A stretch of DNA of 64,000 nucleotides from a virus. The stretch lies in IMG/VR virus record IMGVR_UViG_3300018080_000014, positions 24,647 through 88,646 of that record; one strand, written 5' to 3'. Numbering within the stretch: position 1 is the first letter of the stretch; every line of letters starts with the position of its first letter. Made by a program: the position numbers and the translations under genes. Shown here in pieces: positions 39,021 to 49,214 of the stretch. A model generated the notes under the pieces. That model was not told where the DNA came from. It did no database searches and saw only the letters and a program-made list of their open reading frames with translations.

Positions 39021-39040
39021 CCAACGAAAGATTTATAAAT
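39021..39040 (+). promoter_or_regulatory. Promoter variant
   Basis: CCAACGAAAGATTTATAAAT after a T-tract. Confidence 0.6.
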
Positions 39041-39367
39041 GATTGCACGATCCACTAACCAGTGAAAAAAGTGAAATTTTACAGTCTTGGCAGGTGCGAC
39101 GTGGACCAGCTCTGCGATGATTGCGGATGCAGGATCAACTCGCCAATGATAGTAAACCCGATTGCCGCTATTTGGAAAGATGATGATGGTGAACGGGTCT
39201 ACTTGTGCGACTTCTGCCACAACATGCGCCAGGAGGAAAAATGGAATGCTTGACGTGATAGCATGGTGCCCGGAATGCAATTCTGATTCGTGGCACGACA
39301 AGATAAAAGAAGGAATAAAATGCCACTTCTGTGGCAGGTTAAACTACAACAAGAAAGGTTTACCAAG

Positions 39368-40081
39368 ATGGAATTAATATCAACCAAAAACAGACCATGC
39401 ACCGCTGAAACGTGTCCAATTGCCGACATGCGGTGTCCGAATTGTTTCCCGCACAAGAACTGTGCGTTGTACAACAGGAAAACAGGATATTGCCGCCTGC
39501 AAGATAGCATCTTCGGGAACATGATGGTAATGGATAATGAAGGGATGGACAAGGAATCCATGATGAAGGCATTCATGGAAACAACCTATCCAATGATTGA
39601 TACCATGAACAAGGCAATAATAAACGTGCTGGTGGACATCAGCAAGGATTTCGAGATAGATCTCCCGCATCTCGCGGAATGGTCGTCGTGCGTGAAAACG
39701 TCCGGGGAAACCCGCATCGAGGACATCTTCGGCAAGGAAGGAGAGATAACCATTTCCATGCACGATGGCGAGGTGTACATCGACGTGCGTGAAGGCGATC
39801 GCCATGAAGAACACCGCATCGTGATGGAAAGCAGGCACGTATTATCATCCGATGTTGAACGGTTATGGGAGTCTGGAAAGAATCTCAGGAAACAGGTTGA
39901 TGAGCTGGAGGAACGACTCGAAATGATAGGTTCCGGCGAAGCATATTGTGACACCTGCGGAAACTTCGTGGAAAACAGCATGGGTCAGATCGGATGCTCC
40001 CTTTCCAAGGATGAATGGTTGAAATGTACCACGGGAGCGTACGGGCTTTGGAGGCCAATGGATCGTGATAATAATGAATGA
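39368..40081 (+). CDS. Hypothetical protein with N- and C-terminal Cys clusters
   Basis: Start MELISTK probable; coiled coil in the middle. Confidence 0.55.
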   Translation: MELISTKNRPCTAETCPIADMRCPNCFPHKNCALYNRKTGYCRLQDSIFGNMMVMDNEGMDKESMMKAFMETTYPMIDTMNKAIINVLVDISKDFEIDLPHLAEWSSCVKTSGETRIEDIFGKEGEITISMHDGEVYIDVREGDRHEEHRIVMESRHVLSSDVERLWESGKNLRKQVDELEERLEMIGSGEAYCDTCGNFVENSMGQIGCSLSKDEWLKCTTGAYGLWRPMDRDNNE

Positions 40082-40207
40082 GGAAGATCTGGACAAACTG
40101 GCCGAGAAAATGGACAAGATTATAGAGATCTTGGAGGAATTCAAGGATGCCCTTTATTGCGTGTATTATGGTGGAAGGCTTGGACCATTCGACGTGAGGG
40201 TGATGCA

Positions 40208-40444
40208 ATGAGGAAACTTGGAGAGATACTCGTGGACGAGCTGCACGGGCTGTTCGTCGTCTCGATCTTTGGCATCATTCTCGGGATCTCGGCCATCATC
40301 ATTTCCATCATGGTGGACAACGGGATCGCTCCCATCGAACGGTACACGGGTGTCATGGCAATAGCAGGAACCATACTGCTCGTGATTAGCGCGTGGATTT
40401 TCGTGGTATCGATACTGGAGACGAGGAAAAATGACCGAATCTAA
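40208..40444 (+). CDS. Small 2-TM membrane protein
   Basis: GGTGA SD; two hydrophobic helices. Confidence 0.55.
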   Translation: MRKLGEILVDELHGLFVVSIFGIILGISAIIISIMVDNGIAPIERYTGVMAIAGTILLVISAWIFVVSILETRKNDRI

Positions 40445-40976
40445 ACTAACATGGGCAAATTGCCCGATCCGACCCCGGCACGATAGCACGCTCGTCCTCG
40501 CCCCTATTCCCGATGACCCGGATCACCTGTTATTGGTGGCGGCAGCGTGGCCGCTCTACATTTTACCGTTCGGCGATCGCATAATAGACGTTGATGAATT
40601 AGATCAGTACGAGCAGGGGATGAAATGCCCGCCTAATTTAGCAGGGTACATGCGTGAGAAATTGAGCCGTCTTCAAATCATCGACGTCGCTCGAATGTCG
40701 TGCGACATTGCACGAATGCACGCACGATATGCTGCGGATGCTGCTGATTATGCGGCTGCTAATTATGCGGCTGATTATTCGGCTGATTATGCTGCCAGTG
40801 CGGCTGATTATGCTGCTCGTGCGGCTGGTGCGGCTGTTGATGCTGCTGCTAATGCTTATCATAATAGAGTTAGTAAACACGAGTTTACTATCACTCGTGG
40901 TAGTAAACACGAGTGCATGCAGCACATCGTCGATTATGCCGTACAAATGGTAAAAGGGGAGAGGACACGTGGCTAA
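40431..40976 (+). CDS. Protein with Ala/Asp/Tyr low-complexity repeat tract
   Basis: YAADAADYAAANYAADYSADYAASAADYAA; GCGGCTGATTAT-type repeats. Confidence 0.65.
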   Translation: MTESKLTWANCPIRPRHDSTLVLAPIPDDPDHLLLVAAAWPLYILPFGDRIIDVDELDQYEQGMKCPPNLAGYMREKLSRLQIIDVARMSCDIARMHARYAADAADYAAANYAADYSADYAASAADYAARAAGAAVDAAANAYHNRVSKHEFTITRGSKHECMQHIVDYAVQMVKGERTRG

Positions 40977-41262
40977 AAAATGGCACGTGGATAGATGGGT
41001 TCTGCCAGAATCATTGCCACGAACCCTTGAAAGATTGGAGAAAAATGGATACATATGCCTTGATTGTGGTCACAGGTTCAAGCATCCGTATATATTGAGC
41101 ATACCGGAGCATCACGGACCACCAGCAGAGTTCGATGCGTGTCCAAAATGCCATAGCACGGGTATATGGCGTGAAAAATTACCTACCAAGCCAATCGAGA
41201 ATGATGACCGGTTCGACCGCATGATAGCGGAGAAAGAAAGCAGGAAGGAGGCATGGGAATGA
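40969..41262 (+). CDS. Zn-ribbon protein
   Basis: CLDCGHRF...CPKCHS. Confidence 0.6.
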   Translation: MAKKWHVDRWVLPESLPRTLERLEKNGYICLDCGHRFKHPYILSIPEHHGPPAEFDACPKCHSTGIWREKLPTKPIENDDRFDRMIAEKESRKEAWE

Positions 41263-41356
41263 CCAAAAAGTCGTGGCAGGAAAACAGGTGCAGGAATGGA
41301 TTGTGGAAATCAATAATGCGAACTTTATTAAACATGGAATGGAGGCTTGCTGAAGA

Positions 41357-41677
41357 ATGGAAGACTACGAGATAGAAGCATGCTTCGACACGGACACCCA
41401 GATCCCGATAAAAACGAGACTGATGGTGCGTGCTGAAGGAATCGATAATGCCACCAATGCGGCATGGGTATTCGTGCTTGGACGCATCCACAACTTGAAG
41501 GATATTAATCCAGTCTTGATGTGGCTAACAGTACGTGGATACGTGATCGGAGAATATGATCCAAGAACAAATACACTAACACAATCATATCCAACATTCA
41601 AGGTATTTGAATGGAAACATGACCAACTTGGAGCGCAGGAAGAAATGGAACGATGGATCAAGGAAGCATTAAAATGA
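41357..41677 (+). CDS. Hypothetical protein, last gene of plus-strand block
   Basis: GGAGG upstream; converges with the minus-strand block. Confidence 0.55.
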   Translation: MEDYEIEACFDTDTQIPIKTRLMVRAEGIDNATNAAWVFVLGRIHNLKDINPVLMWLTVRGYVIGEYDPRTNTLTQSYPTFKVFEWKHDQLGAQEEMERWIKEALK

Positions 41678-41693
41678 TGGTAAAAAAGAAAAA

Positions 41694-42446
41694 TTAGGTC
41701 TCGTTAGAGGCCACCATTTTCCATAATTCCTGCATGCTCTTTTTGAAAATTAGGAACCACTTATCTTTTTCTTCTTCTGGTACTACTGGAAATTGTATTT
41801 CTACTTCTTGGAGGAATCTCCTTATTTTTGCTTTTACATCCACAGCGCCAACTGCATCCAACAATACGGGATCCATTCCAATATATGACCACCTGAAATG
41901 ATCGCACACGGTTCCCGGCTGTATTTTTAACACCTTGTGGCAATACGCACCTCCTTTTCCATCCGGATGTGGTTCCATGCAATTCGCACAACATCTCGCA
42001 GGCTTAAATCCGATATTCAGCATGGTATCATCAACATCGATGCGACGAGGGTCCTCGTCACACTTGCGGCAGATCCGACGCAGGACCGAATCCATCACAC
42101 GCATCCTCGTTTCATCGGCACGTTGCCCGCACCACTCACAGTACGTTGGTTCCACGCATTCCTCGAAGTCGGTTTCCATCTCGCGTAGCAACGCTGCCTC
42201 GTGCTCATGCCTCATCCTGTACCTGTCCGATTCATCAAGTCCTTCCATCACGGCAAGCTGCCAGTCGTTTGCCTTCTTCTTTCGTTTTTCCCACCCTTCT
42301 CGGGCCTTCGGAGGCTTTGGTTCGTGCATCAATTCAAGCGTAAACAGGCGGTGCGCCATGCCAGACATGGTTTCATCGAGCACCTTCCTTCGTTTTTCCA
42401 GATTCTTGTACATTTCTTCCGGAACATGTACACTAACCAATTTCAT
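41694..42446 (-). CDS. Ribbon-helix-helix N-terminus plus Zn-binding domains
   Basis: MKLVSVHVPEEMYKNL...TMSGMAHRL; CEWC/CRKC and CANC..C..C. Confidence 0.6.
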   Translation of the reverse strand: MKLVSVHVPEEMYKNLEKRRKVLDETMSGMAHRLFTLELMHEPKPPKAREGWEKRKKKANDWQLAVMEGLDESDRYRMRHEHEAALLREMETDFEECVEPTYCEWCGQRADETRMRVMDSVLRRICRKCDEDPRRIDVDDTMLNIGFKPARCCANCMEPHPDGKGGAYCHKVLKIQPGTVCDHFRWSYIGMDPVLLDAVGAVDVKAKIRRFLQEVEIQFPVVPEEEKDKWFLIFKKSMQELWKMVASNET

Positions 42447-43159
42447 TTTCTCTCGTACTCCTTGTTGAATCTTTTTATTTCCGTGTGTAGTATGTCCGAA
42501 AGGACCTCGATGATCATGTTCCAGTTCTCCTCGCCCGTAATGGCGTCATATATACCAGTCACCAATTTTCTCTTCTTCACGTCCCTTTCGACATCTTCCT
42601 TCGTTCTTTGTATCATTTATCCACCTTCTTTTTCCGTTACCATTATCGTGTCCCGTATCTTGCCACACTTCGGGCATTTTACCATGATCGTGATGGTGAC
42701 GTGGTAATCGTGGTCACATGCTTCTCTCTTGGCAACTATTTTTTCAATGTGCTCGTCAATCATCCCGAGTTCCAATATCGGCATGGAGTCCACCAATTTT
42801 TCGCATGAATTCGTGCTTCTTGTTGTAGTATATTGTGGCACCACCACTGCCACCTGTTTTCGTGGCACCACACGCGTTGCATATCCACATGTTGTCAAAC
42901 TCGTTGTGCATGCGAGGTGTCATGGCACTCTCGCCGCATTCGTGACATATTACCAGCTTTTGTATAAAGTTTGCTTTTTTCCAGTTATCGTGCATGGTCA
43001 TCACATATCGTATTGCCGCGTATTTTAAATTTCGGATGCTTGATACAATACTCCTGTATTCTATAATCTGTGATGAGTCTTAAATGCCGGCATGTCAGGC
43101 ACGTGTCCGCTTCCCTGAAATTCTTTTCCATGGAGGATTTCACGGATTCTTCAATTGTT

Positions 43160-44212
43160 TCATCTGGCAAAGTCAAGCACCCACTCCTTCTTTATTCCTC
43201 TTGCCACGTATTTTTTCGTGGCCTTGATTACTCTTTGTCCCTTGTCAACCAGACGAAGGCCAATATTATCCATTATATCTATCGTGTTATTTGCCCAGTT
43301 ATCATCCTTTGATGGTGCCACGACCACGATAATATGCCCGCCTTCTCTCAAGTACGGTGCAATCTTGGTAAAGTAGATATTGAGTTGTGCGGTGGTCTGT
43401 ATGAAATCGCTTGGCACGGGAGGATCACCGGGGGAAAAAATGGCATGCGTGAACTCGTGGATCCCGGGGTAGTTTACCACCTTGAGACTGCCGTAGGGGG
43501 GTGATGTTACCACCAAGTCGTATGGTTCCCCGAGCCTTTTTTTCTTGGTATTGATGATGGTAGGCTTCTTGCCATTGAGATATGCCGGGTGTTGCTGGTA
43601 GAATTCGACGAAATTGCGCATCGTGGTCTCTAATTTTTGTCGAAACTCGCCAATGAAATCGGTGTTGTAATGTGGATCTTTTGGTCGCTGCCAATCAATT
43701 TCTCCTATCTTGGCATACGAGCATCTTCGTAAACACTGCGCCGCACACAGGCGGAAAAAGTCCTTCATGTATATATCTCCACGAGCTCTTTGGATTGCTT
43801 TCCTGACAGCTTCGATCTGGTGCTGTATGGGGACCGGGAAGAAATACTCGGGATCGCCGTTCCTCGCAATCACCCGGCGTATGTTTTCAGGTAGGGGACC
43901 TGTTCTCGGGTGTTCTAATTGCTCGTTTATCGCCACCTGTCCAAAATGGAAGTCACGCTTGGTAAATTCGTGTGTCTTTACTCTCGCAAGCATGAAACTA
44001 GCGGGCATGATGTCCATGTGGATACCATGGCATCCCGCGAGCTTCGCTTCTACCACTGTTGTTCCCGATCCACCAAAACAGTCGAGCACTATCTCCGGAT
44101 TGTACTTGTTGATGAAATACCGCGGAATTTGTGGCACGAACCGGGCAGGATAGGAATAAATAGTATGAACGCCATAATTGGTAACGGCGTCATCAAAATC
44201 CAAGTTGTCCAT
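43160..44212 (-). CDS. N4-cytosine DNA methyltransferase (alpha-class order)
   Basis: H.IYSYPARF, VLDCFGGSGTT (motif I) before VTSPPY (motif IV). Confidence 0.85.
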   Translation of the reverse strand: MDNLDFDDAVTNYGVHTIYSYPARFVPQIPRYFINKYNPEIVLDCFGGSGTTVVEAKLAGCHGIHMDIMPASFMLARVKTHEFTKRDFHFGQVAINEQLEHPRTGPLPENIRRVIARNGDPEYFFPVPIQHQIEAVRKAIQRARGDIYMKDFFRLCAAQCLRRCSYAKIGEIDWQRPKDPHYNTDFIGEFRQKLETTMRNFVEFYQQHPAYLNGKKPTIINTKKKRLGEPYDLVVTSPPYGSLKVVNYPGIHEFTHAIFSPGDPPVPSDFIQTTAQLNIYFTKIAPYLREGGHIIVVVAPSKDDNWANNTIDIMDNIGLRLVDKGQRVIKATKKYVARGIKKEWVLDFAR

Positions 44213-44229
44213 GCCATCATTCCTCGTAT

Positions 44230-44832
44230 TTATCCATGTAAACTTGGGTCTCCATCCTCGGATTCTTCCTCCATCTTTCTCAGGCGTTCTTTCTTGAGAT
44301 CTTCCATTGTTTTTTCATGTGGGTTGCCCATCACTTGTGCGTAATGTTCCGCGCATGTCGGCTTGCCATTTGCCACCATGGCGGTCGGTTTACCACATAT
44401 AGAACATTTCATCTCTTGCGACGCTTGTTGCGTGGCTTGTTGTGGTGTTCTCGATAATATCGGATACCGCTGGTATAACCATGGCATTACATGCTTATCG
44501 CATTCCTGCAATGCCGCGATGGCATTCTGCCACAAGAATGCGAACTGCAGGCTGTTCTGCTCGTGCTTTTTCATCTCGTTCTCTATTTCCGTTATCTTGC
44601 TCTCGTTTTCTGGAATTGCTTTTAATTCTTCCAACCTGTGTACCGATGCTGCTGCCATGTTGGAAGCTTGCTCCGTCTTGTCTGCTATTGATGATAGAAT
44701 CAAGTATTCGAGCACCATGTCCATGTGAGCAAGTGTATCTACCTTCTTTTCCAAGGTAGTAAGGAGGTTTCCTTGCCTATCTATTGATTTTTCCAATTTT
44801 TTCAATGCTTTTACCAGTTTTTCACTCATCAT
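44230..44832 (-). CDS. Coiled-coil protein with C-terminal Zn finger
   Basis: CSICGKP...CAEH. Confidence 0.6.
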   Translation of the reverse strand: MMSEKLVKALKKLEKSIDRQGNLLTTLEKKVDTLAHMDMVLEYLILSSIADKTEQASNMAAASVHRLEELKAIPENESKITEIENEMKKHEQNSLQFAFLWQNAIAALQECDKHVMPWLYQRYPILSRTPQQATQQASQEMKCSICGKPTAMVANGKPTCAEHYAQVMGNPHEKTMEDLKKERLRKMEEESEDGDPSLHG

Positions 44833-45130
44833 TCCAACCTTCTTCCATGTTTTTGAAGGTGAGTATCACGCCAGCATTTTTCAACTTCACGATGTGTATC
44901 TGGTATCCATCTTTTATCGTGCTGTATTCCATGGCAATACCGAGATTCACGAGATCCGTGACGTAGTTGTTCACCGTTGGATACGTCACCCCGAGTAAAT
45001 CCGCTATTTTCCCCTTGGAAAGGGGAGACTTGGAGAGCTCCATGAGCATCTTGACACGATTGCGATTGCTCAGGATTTTCCCCCAGCCTTTTGCATCTGT
45101 TATGGTTTTTATTGTTGCGTGTTCTGACAT
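44822..45130 (-). CDS. ArsR-like winged-HTH regulator
   Basis: LSNRNRVKML..L...PLS..IA..LGVTYPTV..YV..L...GI. Confidence 0.8.
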   Translation of the reverse strand: MSEHATIKTITDAKGWGKILSNRNRVKMLMELSKSPLSKGKIADLLGVTYPTVNNYVTDLVNLGIAMEYSTIKDGYQIHIVKLKNAGVILTFKNMEEGWNDE

Positions 45131-46077
45131 ATCGCCAACCTCGATAGAATTGCTCCGACTTGAATATCACGGTCTCCGCCCATGGCTATATTCATATCCA
45201 CTTCTGCGAACAATTCCGCTAGATCGAATGCCATGGGTCCAAGCAACTCGTGTAGATCCTTGAGGAACCGGCGTATGTTGAATTTTTGCTTCCCGTGCTG
45301 CGACGTGAAATATTTCCGTGCTGCATAGTATCCCTTGACAGCATCCTTCTCGGCGCTTATCTCTGCCAGTATTTTGATGGCGATTGCCTTGGTTGACGAG
45401 GACAAATCCAGATCACTTCCAGTGACCTCGTGCTTTATCCCGATCAGCTTTTCTAGGCAGTCGTTGAACATCTTGCGAATATCACCTTCATAATATGCCG
45501 CGATTTTGTGGCATAATTCGACACTAATCTGGACGCCGAGCGCGTCGGCTTGAGTTTTGAAGTATCCAGCGGCCACGTCATCTGGCAGCGCCTCGAAACG
45601 GAAAATTGCACACCTGCTTTTTATGGCATCGATGTAAGATTCGTCGTTGCCCAAGAAGATGAAACGGCACTTGTCACTATTATCTTCCACGATTGCACGG
45701 AGAGCGTCTTGTGCATCCTTGGTAAGCTTGTCACCTTCATCCAAGATAATTATCCTGTACTTTGCAGATGTTGGTTGTGCTCTGGCAAAATCCTTTATTT
45801 CTCCACGCACGACATCAATTCCGCGTTCGTCGCTAGCATTCTTGATAAGGAGGTCCGGGTGTCCCACATCCCATACATTAAATGGACCATCTTTATTGGC
45901 AAAAAAATGAGATGCGAAGACAAGCGCACTCGTGGTTTTCCCGGAACCGGGTGGTCCCACCATGATCATGTGCGGAAAATCTTCTCTCTCAAGCCATCGC
46001 AGCATTGGTTCCTTGACGAGTTCTTGGCCTTGTATTTCGTCAAACGTGCGTGGCCTAATATCATCCACTATAGTCAT
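45109..46077 (-). CDS. rfcS: Replication factor C small subunit
   Basis: RPRTFDEIQGQ, GPPGSGKTT, NASDERGIDVVR, IILDEGD, AQDALR, SRC. Confidence 0.92.
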   Translation of the reverse strand: MTIVDDIRPRTFDEIQGQELVKEPMLRWLEREDFPHMIMVGPPGSGKTTSALVFASHFFANKDGPFNVWDVGHPDLLIKNASDERGIDVVRGEIKDFARAQPTSAKYRIIILDEGDKLTKDAQDALRAIVEDNSDKCRFIFLGNDESYIDAIKSRCAIFRFEALPDDVAAGYFKTQADALGVQISVELCHKIAAYYEGDIRKMFNDCLEKLIGIKHEVTGSDLDLSSSTKAIAIKILAEISAEKDAVKGYYAARKYFTSQHGKQKFNIRRFLKDLHELLGPMAFDLAELFAEVDMNIAMGGDRDIQVGAILSRLAICQNTQQ

Positions 46078-46078
46078 C

Positions 46079-46459
46079 TTATTCCTCTTCCAGTTCTTTT
46101 ACTCGTTTTTTCCATTCCTCGTTGGTTTCTTCGCCTGCGAATAGTTCCTCAAGTGTTGGATATTTTGGATTGTCAGTATGCCGCACGAATACAGTCCCAT
46201 GCGGTGCTATGTAACCAGCATATACCCATCCATTCTTTGCTTCCTCGTTCAAGGAAAATATCAAGGCGTTTCGTTCTTCTTCCACCTTTGTCATGGACTT
46301 AAGGTTGTGCGCGTTCCTGCAAACGTTCGCGTACTCCCTTGCCTTTTCCCACGGTTCCCATCCATCAAGCCCGACGATTTTCACTTCCATGGATTGCGGG
46401 GAACTGCCAGATTGTTCGATTTCTTTTTCTTCGTTTGTTCTTGTTACCATTTTATCCAC
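46079..46459 (-). CDS. Hypothetical protein between RFC subunits
   Basis: 126-aa ORF abutting both neighbours. Confidence 0.55.
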   Translation of the reverse strand: MDKMVTRTNEEKEIEQSGSSPQSMEVKIVGLDGWEPWEKAREYANVCRNAHNLKSMTKVEEERNALIFSLNEEAKNGWVYAGYIAPHGTVFVRHTDNPKYPTLEELFAGEETNEEWKKRVKELEEE

Positions 46460-47569
46460 CTAGAAATCAAATGGATCCACCGACGTGCTACCGACTACAA
46501 CTTCCTTCTTCTTGGCAACTGGAGCAGGAGTAACTTTCTTTATCTCTTCCACGTCTTCTTTCTTGTGCTTACGCTGCGAGTTAAACAGCGCAGCTGGAAA
46601 TTTCAACGCGGATCTCCTGCCGGGAGAAGGTAGCGCGGCGAACATCGTCGCTAGAAATTGTTTATTAGTACGGTATACCCATCTATCTATCTTGGCAAGC
46701 TTTCGCAAGAAATCAGATAACTCTTCTGGTTTCCTGAAAAATCTTGCGCAATTGTAATCCAACCATGTGGTCACCCATGCGAGAGGATCTTTCGATTTCA
46801 TTATCCTCCCGAGCCTGCGTTTCACGTTCCTATCTCCGAAAACCGCACCAGCCACCCCTTCGGCGGTGATCTCGATCTCCTTCATGTACGTGCCGGAGTA
46901 CCCGTGTAGCAATCTCCTGATGACGACGCGGAAATCCTCGTCGTACAGCTTTGGAACTTCATGTACCCTGTCCGGGAATGATTGCTCCATGAATTGCCTG
47001 AAATCATCAATGCTTGGCGGGTACATCTTGATTATCTTCCCTTCCTTCTTGAGCATGGACATGATGGTTTTTGGTATCTTGCTAACGTTGTTGCAGGTCA
47101 TGATGATGGATACCTGCGATTCATCAAGGACTTTTTTAAAGTACACGTGGCTTCTCCAGTGAAAATTGTCCGCCTCATCAAAAAGAAATACCACGTCTGA
47201 TGGTGTCCTGTGGGCACCAAACAACGTATTGGCAAGTAACGTGCCAGTTCGCTTGTCGGAGAGATTTATCTTCCGCATTATTTTTCCAGCTTCTCTTATG
47301 GCAAACGTTGCCGATGCTGTCTTGCCAATACCCGGCTCGCCATGTAGAAGAACGTGCTTGTGTTGCTTTATTGCCAGTTGTATGGTATTTATCGTGTCAT
47401 CGTGACCAACCACGAACATGCCCGGTGGAAGGTCTTTGCCAGTATATCCCTTGTATAACTCGGCGGCTTCTGCCATGGTGACACCGACCATATGGCATAT
47501 TTCTTGCATGCTCCATCTGTTTTGGAGCACGTATTTCTTGATCGCCTTGGCCTTGTCCATAGAATTCAC
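46460..47569 (-). CDS. rfcL: Replication factor C large subunit
   Basis: GEPGIGKT, NLSDKRT, LFDEAD, IIMTCN, DFR; Lys-rich tail ending DPFDF. Confidence 0.8.
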   Translation of the reverse strand: MNSMDKAKAIKKYVLQNRWSMQEICHMVGVTMAEAAELYKGYTGKDLPPGMFVVGHDDTINTIQLAIKQHKHVLLHGEPGIGKTASATFAIREAGKIMRKINLSDKRTGTLLANTLFGAHRTPSDVVFLFDEADNFHWRSHVYFKKVLDESQVSIIMTCNNVSKIPKTIMSMLKKEGKIIKMYPPSIDDFRQFMEQSFPDRVHEVPKLYDEDFRVVIRRLLHGYSGTYMKEIEITAEGVAGAVFGDRNVKRRLGRIMKSKDPLAWVTTWLDYNCARFFRKPEELSDFLRKLAKIDRWVYRTNKQFLATMFAALPSPGRRSALKFPAALFNSQRKHKKEDVEEIKKVTPAPVAKKKEVVVGSTSVDPFDF

Positions 47570-47599
47570 TTCTCCTAAGTAGTTAGGATTACAGTAGAT

Positions 47600-47660
47600 C
47601 TATTGTAATGTAGTATTTAAATATCTTTCGATCACACAAAGTTTAAATATGTATAAGGTA
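47600..47660. promoter_or_regulatory. Divergent TATA promoters for replication operons
   Basis: TATTTAAATA (minus) and CAAAGTTTAAATA (plus) between divergent genes. Confidence 0.6.
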
Positions 47661-47693
47661 ATGATCTAATTACCGTCGAGAATTTTTTAATCG

Positions 47694-49214
47694 ATGGAAA
47701 CAGAGGTAAGCGACATGGTAAGCAGGAAACTCTCTAAAGCAGATTTGGAGAAAATTAAACCATGGGCTGAAACCATGGTGGAACGATTCGAGCTGGATGA
47801 TGTCGAGGATGTCATGACAACCATCCAAGACAAGTACGAGGAGTTCTCCAAACGACCCAAGTTTGAAACAAAGCCCAAGGTATTCATCCTTAACAGGGCC
47901 AAATCTGCTGCCAATATAAAGTACACAGGAATTGGAAATCTTGAGCGCATGCTGGCCGTCTTCCTAGGACCCGGTGGTAGACCCAAAAATTGGACCGAGG
48001 AAGATTACAACAAGGTGCTCGAAGCTGCTGCGAAAGGAAGCCAAGCCGATGTGATGCAAATGGCCAAAGAAAGGAAGATAGCAAGCATCAAGGAGGCTCG
48101 TGGAGAAGGTGATAATGTCAGGGAAATACGCATCCCGGTGCGTAAGATTCTTGGCAATGGCAGGCTGGTAAAAACGAGTGCCAAGCCTGTCAACTTCGAG
48201 GTTCGGAAATGGCTTGACGAGGCCAAGACTGTACCGGGATACGAACTATGGACACCCGGTGATCCAGTGATACCTCTTGATACCGACAAGTACTTGTCTG
48301 CTGACAAGAAGAAACCAGTGGAAGAACGCAGGGAAAACTGGAACCACACGAACGTTCTCTTGCCAAATTGGGGCGTGACGATATATGCTCTAATATGGAG
48401 AGGAGATCAGGCAATGCCACATATCGCGCAAATAAAAGTGTACGGTGATGCCGCTGATCCAAACAACAAGGGAAACATAATTGATTACTTTGGATCCAGA
48501 GGCTTGTGGTTACATCCTGTACATTTCAAGGCGGAATTCAACGAGGACAAATCATCTGGCGAGCACTGGGAAATAAGGGTGACTCGTGACAAGTGGGCCG
48601 TGAAACCACTCAAGGGCAAGGAAATAGAGGAATTCGACATGTACGAGAAGGGATATGAGTGGGCATACGAGCCAGACTTCACCGGTGATCCATTTGATGG
48701 TGGCATTGCTGTCCCGACACAATGGGAAGGTGATCTCCCGCCACCATTTGGAATATGCGATCTTGAACATCTGCGTGAATGGCATGAGAAGATACAAACG
48801 ATCTATAATTCCAGTGGCGATGCCTATAAGAGTTATGATCGTGTTGGTATGATGGAATGCACTATCATGGCACAAGCGCAACCAGAAGACGGTAATTCGA
48901 TCAAAATATCCATCAAGGACAACTCTCTCCAGAAGACTCGTTTTTCAGCATTTCTCCCATCCATATTCTCGGAACTCCCTTTTGCAGGTGCCGCGGATGC
49001 ACTTATCTGGTTCACGAGCAAGAAGGGTAAGAAATGGAAAAACCCGGCAACCGGTGAATGGGAAGAAGACAAAACAGGCACGAAAGCAAGCATCAACATA
49101 GGCCTCATCAACATGCTCATCCTCATGGAACATGACGAAGGTGATGGAGAGGATGATGACGTGGAAGAAGTTGATGTAGTGGACGAGGACGCGGAGAACG
49201 AGGTGCGCGTGTAA
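47694..49214 (+). CDS. Putative ssDNA-binding protein with acidic tail
   Basis: Beta-rich, D/E-rich C-terminus, heads the replication operon; no diagnostic motif. Confidence 0.4.
   Translation: METEVSDMVSRKLSKADLEKIKPWAETMVERFELDDVEDVMTTIQDKYEEFSKRPKFETKPKVFILNRAKSAANIKYTGIGNLERMLAVFLGPGGRPKNWTEEDYNKVLEAAAKGSQADVMQMAKERKIASIKEARGEGDNVREIRIPVRKILGNGRLVKTSAKPVNFEVRKWLDEAKTVPGYELWTPGDPVIPLDTDKYLSADKKKPVEERRENWNHTNVLLPNWGVTIYALIWRGDQAMPHIAQIKVYGDAADPNNKGNIIDYFGSRGLWLHPVHFKAEFNEDKSSGEHWEIRVTRDKWAVKPLKGKEIEEFDMYEKGYEWAYEPDFTGDPFDGGIAVPTQWEGDLPPPFGICDLEHLREWHEKIQTIYNSSGDAYKSYDRVGMMECTIMAQAQPEDGNSIKISIKDNSLQKTRFSAFLPSIFSELPFAGAADALIWFTSKKGKKWKNPATGEWEEDKTGTKASINIGLINMLILMEHDEGDGEDDDVEEVDVVDEDAENEVRV

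Noticed and set aside
40431-40976. Diversity-generating retroelement target
   Set aside because: No reverse transcriptase and no template/variable repeat pair with adenine-specific differences seen in the window.
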